From the NCBI GenBank assembly GCA_944388745.1, contig CALXJZ010000002.1:1-55415 (forward strand): a DNA stretch of 55,415 bases. Direction: 5' to 3'. The notes beneath the pieces are model-generated. The model ran no database searches, was not told the origin of the DNA, and saw only the letters and a list, made by a program, of their open reading frames with translations. A program made the translations under genes and the position numbers. The DNA comes from an uncultured Clostridia bacterium (lineage in GTDB: Bacteria; Bacillota; Clostridia; TANB77; CAG-508). How positions within the stretch are numbered: the stretch's first letter is position 1; every line of letters begins with the position of its first letter. Positions 10,569-20,953 of the stretch are shown in pieces.

Positions 10569-11111
10569 TTACCTTTCTTTTTTGTCTCTGATTTCAAAGG
10601 CAAAATAAGATTTATATGGTTTTAACTTACACTTTCCTCTAACTTCTTTTGTTTTTTCATCGAAATAAAGTGTCGGTTTTATTTCCTCTGTTGTTTCTGG
10701 GTCTATAATACATATTGGTCGTTTTAAATTTGGTGTATATTTAAAATCTCTAACTTCAAATTCTTTTTCTTGATATAAGTTTTCAAACTTAAGTGATGAA
10801 GGCTTTTTACAAATAGATACTTCATTATCATGTAATAAAGCCATATTAACAACTACCTTGTTGTCACCAAAAGATAGTATTACTAATTGATCTTCATATT
10901 TAGAAGGATTATCAACAAAAAAAGTTTTTCTCTTCATATCTCCTCTAAGTTCTTCCATATAGTCTAATCTTTCAATTGTATATTTTGGAGAATCTTCCAA
11001 ATCTTCTTTTCTTGTTTTATTGATTTGGTAAATTACAGTATTCACTCCTTTTGGATCTGTAATACTAAAACTTTTTCCTTCCCATGTCTCCATCTTTATT
11101 CTACACCCCAT
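10569..11111 (-). CDS. Hypothetical protein, first gene of the coupling-protein operon
   Basis: ORF immediately downstream of a consensus sigma-A promoter. The real start is probably the internal METWEGK. No recognisable motif. Confidence 0.55.
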   Translation of the reverse strand: MGCRIKMETWEGKSFSITDPKGVNTVIYQINKTRKEDLEDSPKYTIERLDYMEELRGDMKRKTFFVDNPSKYEDQLVILSFGDNKVVVNMALLHDNEVSICKKPSSLKFENLYQEKEFEVRDFKYTPNLKRPICIIDPETTEEIKPTLYFDEKTKEVRGKCKLKPYKSYFAFEIRDKKER

Positions 11112-11159
11112 TCCTATGTTTTAATCCATAGCTTGTCATTTGTTACAACACTATATATA

Positions 11160-11188
11160 ATTATAGCGAATTTTCAACGTTTTGTCAA
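11160..11188 (-). promoter_or_regulatory. Consensus sigma-A promoter for the 180aa-101aa-coupling protein operon
   Basis: The minus strand reads TTGACA, a 17-nt spacer, then TATAAT. Confidence 0.6.
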
Positions 11189-11207
11189 TATATAGTTTAT
11201 GTAAATT

Positions 11208-12104
11208 TTAGTTGTTCATATTTCTTGGATTAAAATTTGATATTTCATTTAATTTTTCAAACATATTTTTTTCCTCTTCTGTTAATTTTTTTGGTATCAT
11301 AATCTTAATTTCTGCTACTAAATCTCCTCTAGCTCCACTAGCTTTTTTATATCCTTTTCCAGGTATTCTAACTTTTTCACCACTTTCAGTTCCCTGAGGT
11401 ATGTACACTTTTGTCTCATCATCAATTGTTTTTACATTTGCACGTGTTCCTAATGCTGCTTCCCATGGTGTTAAATAAAGGTCGGTATACAAATCGTAAC
11501 CTTGTAATTCAAATCTAGAATCATTTTCAATGTTTATTTTAAGATATAAGTCTCCGTTTTTTCCACCGTTTTCACCTTGTTTTCCTTGTCCTATTAAACG
11601 CACTTTTTCTCCATTTAATATTCCTTCAGGAATTTTTACAGATATAGTTTTTATTTTTCCGTCACTTGTCCTTAATGATATTTTTTTATCAATCCCATAA
11701 AAGGCTTCTTCAATTGTTGTGCTTATCTCAGTTTCAATATTTTCTCCTTTTATAGGTTGGCCTTTTGTTCTTTTTTCTTCACCAATATCATTATTTTTCA
11801 AGTCTCCTATAAACATATTCAAAATCGCGCCTTTTTTTCCTTTTTCGGAAAAGGCTTTTTGCCCTTTTGCAAATTTTGAATTCCATATACGGTCATACTT
11901 TCTTTTAGATGCCGGCACTGACAGTGTTTTATATGCTTCATTTATATCTTTAATTCTTTCCTCTGCTAACTTATCTCCTACATTTAAATCAGGATGGTAT
12001 TTTTTTGCAGCTTGTCTATATGCATTTTTTATTTCTTCAATAGAAACATGGTTTGTTTCTAAGTCTAATATTTTGTAATAATTCTTATAAACCATTTTTA
12101 ACAT
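11208..12104 (-). CDS. cbpA: CbpA-like J-domain co-chaperone (J domain plus DnaJ C-terminal domains, no zinc finger)
   Basis: YYKILDL...KKYHPDLN (HPD motif). C-terminal DnaJ_C-like repeats (GENIETEI..., GKGYKK.SGARGDLVAEIKI). No CxxCxGxG repeats. Confidence 0.8.
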   Translation of the reverse strand: MLKMVYKNYYKILDLETNHVSIEEIKNAYRQAAKKYHPDLNVGDKLAEERIKDINEAYKTLSVPASKRKYDRIWNSKFAKGQKAFSEKGKKGAILNMFIGDLKNNDIGEEKRTKGQPIKGENIETEISTTIEEAFYGIDKKISLRTSDGKIKTISVKIPEGILNGEKVRLIGQGKQGENGGKNGDLYLKINIENDSRFELQGYDLYTDLYLTPWEAALGTRANVKTIDDETKVYIPQGTESGEKVRIPGKGYKKASGARGDLVAEIKIMIPKKLTEEEKNMFEKLNEISNFNPRNMNN

Positions 12105-12142
12105 CCTCCCAAAAATTAGGTATTTACATTATATCATAAATC

Positions 12143-12176
12143 AAAAAAAAATCCATAGTTTTGTATGGATTTTTTC
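12143..12176 (-). terminator. Rho-independent terminator after ddl
   Basis: aaatccata / tatggattt stem flanked by A- and T-runs. Confidence 0.6.
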
Positions 12177-12234
12177 GATTTTTATTACACCTGTCCCTCT
12201 TGCACTTTTTAGTGCAAATGGGGCCGTCCCCATT

Positions 12235-13278
12235 TCACGCCAACATAATCAACTTATCTAATAGTTCCCTATATGATATTCCGCTTGCTTCAAACAATTT
12301 TGGATACATACTGATATTAGTAAAACCAGGTAATGTATTTATTTCATTTATATAAATTTGATTTGTTCCTTCTTCTACAAAAAAATCTACTCTTGATAAG
12401 CCTTTTCCATCAATTGCTTTAAATGCTTTTATTGCTTGCTTTCTTATTTCTTCTGAAACATTTTCTGGAATATCTGCAGGAATACATGTTTTTGATTCTT
12501 GATTCTTATATTTAGCATCATAACTATAAAATTCATCAGCTGCTTTTATCTCTCCAACACATGATGCTATTACTTCTTCATTTCCTAAAACTGCACATTC
12601 AACTTCTTTTCCCACAATTCCTTGCTCTATTAAAATTTTACCATCAAATTTTGAAGCATATTCAATATATTTTTTTAACTCTTCAATATTTGTAGCTTTA
12701 TTTATTCCTACACTAGAACCTGAATTTGATGGCTTTATAAAAACTGGATATTTTAAATCTTTCTCAATATTGCTTGCTGTTTCGTCTAATGTCATTATTT
12801 TTTCATTAAATTCAGAATCTATATTTATGTATTTTTCTTGATATTTTCTTATATACACATATTTTGCTTGTTTTAATGCTGCTTTTTCAAAAATAATTTT
12901 AGTATATACTTTATCCATTCCTACACTAGATGCTAAAACTTTGCATCCGACATATGGTATTTTTAAAAGTTCAAATAGCCCTTGAATTGTACCGTCTTCT
13001 CCATATAACCCATGCAATACTGGAAAAATAACATCTAGTCCTTTTAAATATTTCATTACATTTTCAATTTCTATACCATGCTCTACCTCTTGCCCCAATT
13101 GAATATCGTCAGATTTTTTACTATACTCGTACCAAGTTCCATCTTTTCCTATATATATTGGATAAATTTCATATTTATCCTTATCTAAATTATTCAATAT
13201 AGAATTTGCAGATACGACAGAGACTTCATTTTCTGTTGACATGCCTCCAAAAATTACTCCTAATTTTTTCTTTTTCAT
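12235..13278 (-). CDS. ddl: D-alanine--D-alanine ligase
   Basis: GVIFGGMSTENEVS N-terminus, ATP-grasp core, ...INEINTLPGFT... 347 aa. Confidence 0.9.
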   Translation of the reverse strand: MKKKKLGVIFGGMSTENEVSVVSANSILNNLDKDKYEIYPIYIGKDGTWYEYSKKSDDIQLGQEVEHGIEIENVMKYLKGLDVIFPVLHGLYGEDGTIQGLFELLKIPYVGCKVLASSVGMDKVYTKIIFEKAALKQAKYVYIRKYQEKYINIDSEFNEKIMTLDETASNIEKDLKYPVFIKPSNSGSSVGINKATNIEELKKYIEYASKFDGKILIEQGIVGKEVECAVLGNEEVIASCVGEIKAADEFYSYDAKYKNQESKTCIPADIPENVSEEIRKQAIKAFKAIDGKGLSRVDFFVEEGTNQIYINEINTLPGFTNISMYPKLFEASGISYRELLDKLIMLA

Positions 13279-13746
13279 AATCTTTCATCTCTTTTCTTTT
13301 AAATAAACTTGCTAGATTATATGCCTTTTTCTAAAATTTAGCAACTATATTTTTGAAAATACAGTAAAAAACACGAATAGAAAGAAAAGTTAAAAAAATA
13401 AAATAATTAAAAGAGATAAGCAAAAAACTCAAAAAACAGCTAACACCTATAAATAACTATCTAGAAAATAAAAAAGCAGACAGCTATTATATATTAACAA
13501 CAAAATATAAAGGATGCTAATAAAATTAAATTAGTCTGTTTTTATGAATAAGAGATAATAATTTAATAGAATATTTTTATTACAAAAAGCAATATTTAAA
13601 AGGAAATATCTCTTATGTATCAAATTATACAAAAGATTTATAAAAAACAATAAAATTTTAAAAAATAGGGAAATTTACCTAATTTTCCTATTTCGCTTGC
13701 AAACCCTAGAAAAAAATATTATAATTAAAATAGGAGGTAAATATAA

Positions 13747-14298
13747 ATGAAACAAATTACTTTTAATGAAGATGGACTAACAAGAGATGAAATTGATAGA
13801 GAATTAAAAAAAGTAAGAGCAATTATCCTAAATTCAGAAGGAAAAGCTCTGCTAGTAAAATATACTGGACTATATATGTTTCCAGGAGGAAGTATTGATG
13901 AAGGCGAATCAGAAAAACAAGCCTTAAAAAGAGAAATTTTGGAAGAATCAGGAATTGAAATCCAAACAAACGATATCGGCGAACCTTTTCTACAAATACA
14001 GAGTTTAAATAAAAATTACTATGATCGAGTTATGAAAAAAGATATTAACCGACTAACACAGACAACTTATTATGCACTTCAAACAGATTCAGATATTGAC
14101 GAAACAAGAAAAAAATTGACAGAAAGTGAAAAAGAAAAAGGTCATCAAATTTCATTTACTAATCTATCAGTCATTCAATATTTAGTAGAAACAAATCAAA
14201 CTAGAAATCCTAAAAAGAAAGAGTTTGATAAAGAAATCTTAACAGCATTAAAAGAATTTGCTAAATTGCAAGAAAAAGATATAGAACAAGAAAGATAA
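13747..14298 (+). CDS. NUDIX hydrolase
   Basis: Nudix box GGSIDEGESEKQALKREILEESGIE. AGGAGG RBS. Confidence 0.8.
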   Translation: MKQITFNEDGLTRDEIDRELKKVRAIILNSEGKALLVKYTGLYMFPGGSIDEGESEKQALKREILEESGIEIQTNDIGEPFLQIQSLNKNYYDRVMKKDINRLTQTTYYALQTDSDIDETRKKLTESEKEKGHQISFTNLSVIQYLVETNQTRNPKKKEFDKEILTALKEFAKLQEKDIEQER

Positions 14299-14307
14299 AT
14301 TAAAGTT

Positions 14308-14346
14308 TACAAGTATATACTATTATAAAAATAGTATATACTTGTA
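14308..14346. terminator. Bidirectional hairpin between the convergent NUDIX and SASP genes
   Basis: Perfect 17-bp stem tacaagtatatactatt / aatagtatatacttgta with a 5-nt loop. Confidence 0.6.
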
Positions 14347-14414
14347 ATTCTTTACATTAAAGAAGAATAAAAATTAAATAGCAATAGTAAAAAAATAATT
14401 TTTCGTCCTATAAG

Positions 14415-14588
14415 TTACTCCACGCTTCTATTTGCTATCTCAATTGCCTTACTAACAATATTACCACAATCTTTTGAAGAAACTGAAGCCCAGCTACCTC
14501 CGTCTTGTTTTACTTGATCATAAACACCAAGTTCTTTTGCTATTTCTTCTCTTAAATTTTCAGATATTAATTTTTTATTTCTAGACAT
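14415..14588 (-). CDS. Small acid-soluble spore protein, alpha/beta type
   Basis: Not in the ORF track (57 aa): MSRNKKLISENLREEIAKELGVYDQVKQDGGSWASVSSKDCGNIVSKAIEIANRSVE. This fits the typical SASP layout. GGAGGA RBS. Confidence 0.75.
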   Translation of the reverse strand: MSRNKKLISENLREEIAKELGVYDQVKQDGGSWASVSSKDCGNIVSKAIEIANRSVE

Positions 14589-14789
14589 AATAACATCCTC
14601 CTACTAAATTATAATTTCTCCATTACAAACCAATTTTGTATTAGAGTTTCATTAGATAAAACTTTTAAAGTTTTTCTAATATTAGTATAAACAATTTTTT
14701 TCATTTTATTTTGACATTTTTATTACTTTTTACACATTTTTTGCAAATATATGATATAATAAAATAGAAATTATTCAAGGAGAAAACAT

Positions 14790-16529
14790 ATGAGCAAAAA
14801 AAATCAATTATTAGAAAAAGAATTACCTTCTGAAACATCTGAAAACAAAGAATTTATTGAAAATGAAGAAAATTTAACAACTAAAAATACTTTACAAAAT
14901 TCAGAAGAAAAAAATACAACTGATGAAATAATTGAAGAAAATAATCAAATTGAAGAAATAGCTGAAAATGTTAAAAATCTTGAAAATACTGACAATATAG
15001 AAAGTACTTCTTCTATTGAAGTTTCTTCAAATAATTCTGATACAAAATTTAAGAAAGTCAAAAAGGAAAAAATTGAAAAAACTAACAAAGCTTTACATAT
15101 TTTTAAAATTGTATTAATTTCAATTGTTACCATTATTTTACTTGCTTTTGTAATTTTTACAATTTTTAATATGTTTAACACAAATATTGTATCCGGAATA
15201 CAAATTCAAGGTTTAGATGTTTCTGGAATGAGCAAATCAGACGCAAAATATCAATTAGATAATTACATTACAGAAAAATTACCAGAAGAAATTAAAGTAA
15301 AACATGGTGATTTTGAGGCAACAATTTCTTTATCTCAAATAGAAGCAAATATTGATACAAAAACCGCTTCTGAAAACGCATTTAAAATAGGAAGAGAAGG
15401 AAACCCATTCCAGAATGATTATCAAGTGCTAAAAACTTTATTTAATAATGTAAATATACCACTAACCACTAGTGTAAATACAGAGCAATTAACACAAAAC
15501 TTACAAGAAATATCTACACAACTTCCAGATGCAGTAATACAAAGTAGTTACTACCAAGATGATAACAATTTAATAGTAACATCTGGCAAAGCAGGATATG
15601 TCATTGATATTGAGCCAACAATTGAAGCTATTAAAAATTCTATATCAAACTTTTCTTGCATTGACACACCTATTGAATTAGTTGTAAAGGAGGAAGAACC
15701 AGCATCAATTGATGTTGAAAAAATACATAACGAAATCTATAAAGAGCCTGTAGATGCATATTATACAACAAATCCTTTTACGGTTTATCCTTCTGAAAAT
15801 GGATTAGATTTTAAGATTTCTGTTGAAGAAGCTAAAGAATTAATAACTGCTGAAGCTAAAGATGAATATACAATTCCTTTAAAAACTTTATATCCTAGTG
15901 TAACTACAAGTATGATTGGAACAGAAGCTTTTCCGGACCAATTGGCTAGTTTCTCAACAAATTATAACACTAGAGATACTGATAGAACTACAAATTTAAG
16001 ATTAGCAGCAAATAAAGTCAATGGAACTGTTTTAATGCCTGGTGAAACTTTCTCATATAACAAAGTCGTAGGGCAAAGAACAATAGCAGCTGGATATAAG
16101 GAAGCACCTATATATGTTAATGGTCAAGTTGTAGATGGTCTTGGTGGTGGAATTTGTCAAATTAGTTCTACTTTATACAATGCTGTAATTTATGCTAATT
16201 TAGATATAGTTACTAGAAGTAATCATCAATTTGTACCTTCATATGTTACTGCAAGTAGAGACGCAACTGTTGTATATGGCTCAACTGATTTTCAATTTAA
16301 AAATAACAGAAAATATCCAATTAAAATTATGTGTTCCGTTTCTGGCGGAGTTGCTTCAGTTAGAATTTTTGGTTTAAAACAAGATGATGACTATGATGTA
16401 GAAATTTCTTCTTACATAACAGGTCAAACTTCAACAGCAACTTATTCAGAAGCATATAAGATTTTAAAGAAAAATGGAAAGGTAGTTAGCAAAGTATTAT
16501 TGTCAAAAGACACTTACAAGAGACATTAA
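14790..16529 (+). CDS. VanW-family protein with an N-terminal membrane anchor
   Basis: C-terminal VanW core (...GLGGGICQISSTLYNA...), a single TM, an acidic N-terminal region. Confidence 0.8.
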   Translation: MSKKNQLLEKELPSETSENKEFIENEENLTTKNTLQNSEEKNTTDEIIEENNQIEEIAENVKNLENTDNIESTSSIEVSSNNSDTKFKKVKKEKIEKTNKALHIFKIVLISIVTIILLAFVIFTIFNMFNTNIVSGIQIQGLDVSGMSKSDAKYQLDNYITEKLPEEIKVKHGDFEATISLSQIEANIDTKTASENAFKIGREGNPFQNDYQVLKTLFNNVNIPLTTSVNTEQLTQNLQEISTQLPDAVIQSSYYQDDNNLIVTSGKAGYVIDIEPTIEAIKNSISNFSCIDTPIELVVKEEEPASIDVEKIHNEIYKEPVDAYYTTNPFTVYPSENGLDFKISVEEAKELITAEAKDEYTIPLKTLYPSVTTSMIGTEAFPDQLASFSTNYNTRDTDRTTNLRLAANKVNGTVLMPGETFSYNKVVGQRTIAAGYKEAPIYVNGQVVDGLGGGICQISSTLYNAVIYANLDIVTRSNHQFVPSYVTASRDATVVYGSTDFQFKNNRKYPIKIMCSVSGGVASVRIFGLKQDDDYDVEISSYITGQTSTATYSEAYKILKKNGKVVSKVLLSKDTYKRH

Positions 16530-16547
16530 AATTATTTTTTCTTATAA

Positions 16548-16734
16548 ACGAAACTAATAATTGCAATTTTCTATAAATAACGAATGTGAATGGAAGAATA
16601 TTATAAATTCTTTAACTAACAAGTAGGAGAATCTCAAACTCGCTTTGAGAGGTGCCTACTTGTTAATTTTAGAATTTATTTATTCTGTAATGCTAACCGA
16701 GTTATTCATAGAAAATTGCAATTATTAGTTTCGT
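16548..16734. repeat. 187-nt near-perfect palindromic element (long hairpin)
   Basis: Perfect 27-bp outer arms: acgaaactaataattgcaattttctat (16548-16574) and its reverse complement (16708-16734). Inner imperfect pairing. Apical stems aacaagtagg/cctacttgtt and tctcaaa/tttgaga. Confidence 0.8.
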
Positions 16735-16743
16735 CTTTTTTTA

Positions 16744-18117
16744 TTACATTGCTAAAGTTCCATTAGGTGTATCTGTAATAATCAATATATCTTCTTCTCT
16801 ACCATTTTCAACATTAATATAAACTAAAAATTCTTTATCATCAACTTTCCCTTTAAACTCATAACAAAGAATCTCTGTTTTCCATTCAGTAGGAATCATC
16901 GCTAGACCTTCACTTTCAATCTGTAAATTCTGATTTAAACTAGACTTTGCCTCATCAACTGTAATCTTAGGTTCAGTTAAAGTCCTAATAATATGATTAT
17001 TCAAATATCCTGTTGTTTCCACTCCCAATATTTCCCCATTATCCAAAGCAACTTTTACTTTAATTAAATCCGGATACAAAATAACATCATCTTGAGTTGC
17101 AGCATAATTAATAGTAACTATTCCTTCTTGTTTCAAATAATATGTTTCTCTCATATTTTCAAAACCTCTTGATGTTAAAAACTCTTTGCCTATATTATTT
17201 GCTTCCTCTTGTAAAATAATTTCAGCTGAAACATCTCTATTAGTATTCATATTAACTATATGTCCACCCTTTTTAGATACAGATATATTAATTGTATTAT
17301 CTTCTTGATTTGTTATTGAAAAATCATAAACTGGAATTGTAGCATTTTCAGATAATCCTAAATTTGTTACTTCCTTGCATTTATCTTGTCCAACAAATTC
17401 AATAGCTTTTTGCTTTGCATCTTCTTCTGATATATCCTCTCCTGTAAGTCCTTTAGGCTCTGAACTAGTTAGATGTTCAGAAAAAGCACCATCATATATT
17501 AATCCAGAATATTCATGAAAATTTTCCTCTAAATTACTAAAACTTTCTTGAGAAATATTATCAACCTGTTGTGCAAAAGCTACTGTTCCTTTTTCAGTCA
17601 ATTCATCCCATTTAAATCTACCCTGATTTAAATCTTCTGATAACTGATTTAGAGTATTTTCTAATTCTACACTATACCCATGTAATTTTTGCAAATTATC
17701 TAAATCTTCTTGTGTTAAAGCCTCATCATATATATTTTTTCTTGATAATGAATAACTATAATCACTAACTTGATTTAAAAACTTTTCTGTATTTTCTAAT
17801 TCTTGACTTTCAATTGGTAATCTTGCTAAATAACTTTGTGCAAGATTTGCCTCTCTCCAAAGATTTGTCAAAGTTTCAGCTCCATGTTCAGGTGTTGAAG
17901 ATATTAAAGATTTAGCAAGATATGTTTCAACATTTTGTACATAATCTACCAATTCATAAAAAGCCATATTATATGAATTTTCAGATGCTTGTCTATATTC
18001 TCTTTGCTTACGGTAAAGTAAAAATCCTAATATTGCAACAATAACTAACAATGCCATAATAACACTAAACATATGCCCTTTTTTTAATCGATTTTTCCAT
18101 TCTACTAATTTATTCAT
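16744..18117 (-). CDS. ypeB: Germination protein YpeB (PepSY domains)
   Basis: N-terminal TM and C-terminal PepSY-like repeats. It lies directly downstream of sleB. The start was moved to MNKLVEW, which is preceded by GGGAGG. Confidence 0.8.
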   Translation of the reverse strand: MNKLVEWKNRLKKGHMFSVIMALLVIVAILGFLLYRKQREYRQASENSYNMAFYELVDYVQNVETYLAKSLISSTPEHGAETLTNLWREANLAQSYLARLPIESQELENTEKFLNQVSDYSYSLSRKNIYDEALTQEDLDNLQKLHGYSVELENTLNQLSEDLNQGRFKWDELTEKGTVAFAQQVDNISQESFSNLEENFHEYSGLIYDGAFSEHLTSSEPKGLTGEDISEEDAKQKAIEFVGQDKCKEVTNLGLSENATIPVYDFSITNQEDNTINISVSKKGGHIVNMNTNRDVSAEIILQEEANNIGKEFLTSRGFENMRETYYLKQEGIVTINYAATQDDVILYPDLIKVKVALDNGEILGVETTGYLNNHIIRTLTEPKITVDEAKSSLNQNLQIESEGLAMIPTEWKTEILCYEFKGKVDDKEFLVYINVENGREEDILIITDTPNGTLAM

Positions 18118-18139
18118 TTTATAACCTCCCTTAATCCCT

Positions 18140-18619
18140 TTATTTGCAAAATCTGTGTTTTCCAATTGTTTTTACTACTGGCCTTGACCATATCCATTTA
18201 TTAGTCGCAGTAGCCGGATTAAAATAATAAATACATCCACCTGTTGGATCCCATCCATTCATCGCATCTTGTGCAGCCTTATATACTGTAGAACTCTCAT
18301 CAATTGGTGCATTTATTTGACCATCTGCAACTGCTGTAAAAGCTCCGCTTTGATATATAACTCCTGCTATTGTATTCGGAAATTGTGAGCTTTTAACACG
18401 ATTTAATATAACAGCTCCAACTGCAACTTGTCCTTCATATGGCTCTCCTCTTGCTTCTCCATTTATTGCTCTTGCCATTAGTTGTAAATCAGATGCACTA
18501 CTACTACTTGCAGCATAACTAACATCTTCTTTAACAATTCCTTCATTTATAAAGAAAATAAAAAATAATAACATCATTAAAAACATAAAAACCATAATTA
18601 TTTTTAAAAAACTTTTCAC
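18140..18619 (-). CDS. sleB: Spore cortex-lytic enzyme, SleB/CwlJ family
   Basis: INGEARGEPYEGQVAVGAVILNRV...GVIYQSGAFTAV hydrolase_2 signature. Signal/TM at the N-terminus. Confidence 0.85.
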   Translation of the reverse strand: MKSFLKIIMVFMFLMMLLFFIFFINEGIVKEDVSYAASSSSASDLQLMARAINGEARGEPYEGQVAVGAVILNRVKSSQFPNTIAGVIYQSGAFTAVADGQINAPIDESSTVYKAAQDAMNGWDPTGGCIYYFNPATATNKWIWSRPVVKTIGKHRFCK

Positions 18620-18758
18620 TTTAAAATTCCTTTCTTCCCAAACATTTCTTTATTATTTTGTGCCTTTTGAAAAAAAATATTCCATTTTTTGAATTTTTAT
18701 CTGTTTTATGTTAGAATATTGAAAAACATTTGTTATAAAATTTGAAGGGAATGTTGAT

Positions 18759-19883
18759 ATGAAAAAGATTTTAATTTTTTATGCATCATATGGAGGCGGA
18801 CATCTAAATGCTGCAAAATCGATTTATGAATATATTACGAATAATTACAAGCAATATGATATAGAAATGATAGATTGTATGAAATATGTAAATAAAACTA
18901 TTGAAAAAATTACGACAGCTGCATATAGAGAAACTGCCAAAAAAATGCCTTGGGTTTGGGGACGAATTTATAATGATTCTCAAAAAGGCCCTTTAGCACA
19001 TCTATCTTCTAGATCAAATAAAATAATGGCTATTAAATTATTAAAATTATTACGTGAAAAACAACCAGATTTGATTATTTCTACACATCCTTTTGGAAGT
19101 CAAATGTGTAGCTATTTAAAAAGAAAAGGAAAAATCCATGCAAAAATTGCAACAATTATGACTGATTTTGCTCCTCATGACCAATGGTTAGTTGGAAGTG
19201 ATTTTACTGATTATTATTTTGTTGCTCATGATAAAATGAAGCAATATTTAATTAGTAAAAATATTCCTGAACAACATATATTTGCAACTGGAATTCCTTT
19301 ATCAAAAAGATTTTTAGAAAAACATGATAAAAATAAAATATTAAAAGACTTTTCTTTATCTGAAAATAAAAGGATCATATTATTTTTTGGTGGCGGAGAA
19401 TTTGGACTTGGAAAAAGTAAAACTGTTGAAATTTTTGAAAGTTTTGTTTCTTTTAATCATGATTTACAGATAATTGGTATCGCTGGAAAAAATGAGAAAA
19501 TGAAATTGGCTTTTGAAAATATAGTAGACAAATATAATGCAAAAGATAGAGTTAGAGTTCTACCTTTTACAGATAAAGTTCCTGAACTTATGTCTGTGTC
19601 AACTTTAGTTGTTACTAAACCTGGTGGAATGACTACGACTGAAAGTTTGGCTTCTCATTTGCCTATGATTATAATAAATCCAATTCCTGGTCAGGAAGAA
19701 GAAAATGCTGAATTTCTTGAAAGTAAAAGTATTGGTATTTGGATTAAAAAAGATACTGATGTTTCTTCTTTATTAAATGATTTGTTTTCAAATTCTAATA
19801 AATTAGAAATAATGAAGGAAAATACTAAACTTCTTGCTAAACCTAATTCTACAAAAGATATTTGTGAAATTTTGCTAAGCTAA
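18759..19883 (+). CDS. Diacylglycerol glycosyltransferase (MGDG synthase / UgtP-like, GT28)
   Basis: N-terminus ILIFYASYGGGH. C-terminal GT-B motif (VTKPGGMTTTESLA..P). Confidence 0.75.
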   Translation: MKKILIFYASYGGGHLNAAKSIYEYITNNYKQYDIEMIDCMKYVNKTIEKITTAAYRETAKKMPWVWGRIYNDSQKGPLAHLSSRSNKIMAIKLLKLLREKQPDLIISTHPFGSQMCSYLKRKGKIHAKIATIMTDFAPHDQWLVGSDFTDYYFVAHDKMKQYLISKNIPEQHIFATGIPLSKRFLEKHDKNKILKDFSLSENKRIILFFGGGEFGLGKSKTVEIFESFVSFNHDLQIIGIAGKNEKMKLAFENIVDKYNAKDRVRVLPFTDKVPELMSVSTLVVTKPGGMTTTESLASHLPMIIINPIPGQEEENAEFLESKSIGIWIKKDTDVSSLLNDLFSNSNKLEIMKENTKLLAKPNSTKDICEILLS

Positions 19884-19911
19884 AAGAAGCACCTATTTTG
19901 GTGCTTCTTTT
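19882..19911. terminator. Bidirectional terminator hairpin
   Basis: aaaagaagcacc / ggtgcttctttt stem. It overlaps the last codons of the minus-strand AbrB-like gene. Confidence 0.6.
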
Positions 19912-20192
19912 AGTATAAGGTATCCGTTAAATAAAAAAATTTCAAAATTTTGTGTTTTCTGACGAATCTCAAGAGGAATTACAATTCTTCTTTTATCGTC
20001 GACCTTAACAAAAGAAATAACTTTATCATTTCTTAAATCAGCCTTAACTTTTGGTTTTAGTCTAATCATCGAATGCCCCATTGAACAAATAGCAATTTCT
20101 TTACTATTTTTGATATTCGAAAAATTAACTAATTCAAAAGGTAATTGCAATCTCCCCTGTTTGTCTAATGTCCGTATCACCTTATTAATCAT
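19893..20192 (-). CDS. AbrB/MazE/SpoVT-fold DNA-binding protein (two swapped-hairpin half motifs)
   Basis: LDKQGRLQLPFEL and VDDKRRIVIPLEIR motifs. Strong RBS. It contains the only in-frame CGG that does not need a frameshift (20172-20174). Confidence 0.65.
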   Translation of the reverse strand: MINKVIRTLDKQGRLQLPFELVNFSNIKNSKEIAICSMGHSMIRLKPKVKADLRNDKVISFVKVDDKRRIVIPLEIRQKTQNFEIFLFNGYLILKEAPK

Positions 20193-20267
20193 ATGCTTTC
20201 CCTCCTAAATTTTGGGTTTACATGTTATGTCGATTATTATATCATAAAAAAATATATTATGCAAATA

Positions 20268-20867
20268 TTATAATTCCCTTCTTCCTTCTAAAGCCTTAGT
20301 TAAAGTAATCTCGTCAGTATATTCTAAATCGCCACCAACAGGAATACCGTGTGCTATCCTTGTAACTTTGATTCCTAATGGCTTAATCAATTTAGATAAA
20401 TACATAGCAGTAGCCTCACCTTCAACTCGTGGATTTGTTGCTAAAATTACCTCTTTTACTTGTCCATCCATAAGTCTTGATAACAACTCTTTTATTTTTA
20501 TATCATCTGGTCCAACTCCATTCATAGGAGAAATTGAACCATGCAAAACATGATAAACACCTTTAAATTCGTGCGTTTTTTCCATTGCAATAATATCTCT
20601 AACATCTTCTACTACACATATTACACTAGTATCTCTTTTTGGATTTGCACATATTTCACATGGGTCCGTATCAGAAATGTTAAAACATTTACTACAATAT
20701 TTTAAATTTTTCTTTGCATTGATAATAGAAGAAACAAATTCATTTGTTTCTTCTTCTGAACAGTTTAATATATAAAAAGCAAGTCTTGCAGCTGTCTTAT
20801 GACCAATGCTTGGCAATCGCTCAAAACTTTCTATTAATTTTTCAATTGATGGTGAATAAAGTGACAT
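20268..20867 (-). CDS. recR: Recombination protein RecR
   Basis: [14 protein letters not shown] helix-hairpin-helix, a C4 zinc finger (CSKC...CEIC), a Toprim region. Confidence 0.92.
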   Translation of the reverse strand: MSLYSPSIEKLIESFERLPSIGHKTAARLAFYILNCSEEETNEFVSSIINAKKNLKYCSKCFNISDTDPCEICANPKRDTSVICVVEDVRDIIAMEKTHEFKGVYHVLHGSISPMNGVGPDDIKIKELLSRLMDGQVKEVILATNPRVEGEATAMYLSKLIKPLGIKVTRIAHGIPVGGDLEYTDEITLTKALEGRREL

Positions 20868-20898
20868 TGTTTCCTCCTAAAAGCCATTTTTCGACAAA

Positions 20899-20953
20899 GG
20901 TCCGTCCCAAAATCCCTGCTTTTAGGGATTTTTAGGACCGTCCCTAAAATCCC
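20899..20953 (-). repeat. Two copies of the GGGACGG-loop hairpin repeat between ybaB and recR
   Basis: The minus strand reads GGGATTTTAGGGACGGTCCTAAAAATCCCT, then AGGGATTTTGGGACGGACC. The 21-mer agggatttttaggaccgtccc is identical to 24255-24275. Confidence 0.8.

Noticed and set aside
12181-12216. Additional hairpin gcact-tttt-agtgc and the gtccctc string as further members of the GGGACGG family
   Set aside because: Too short and too divergent to assign. Only the adjacent AATGGGGACGGCCCCATT hairpin was counted.
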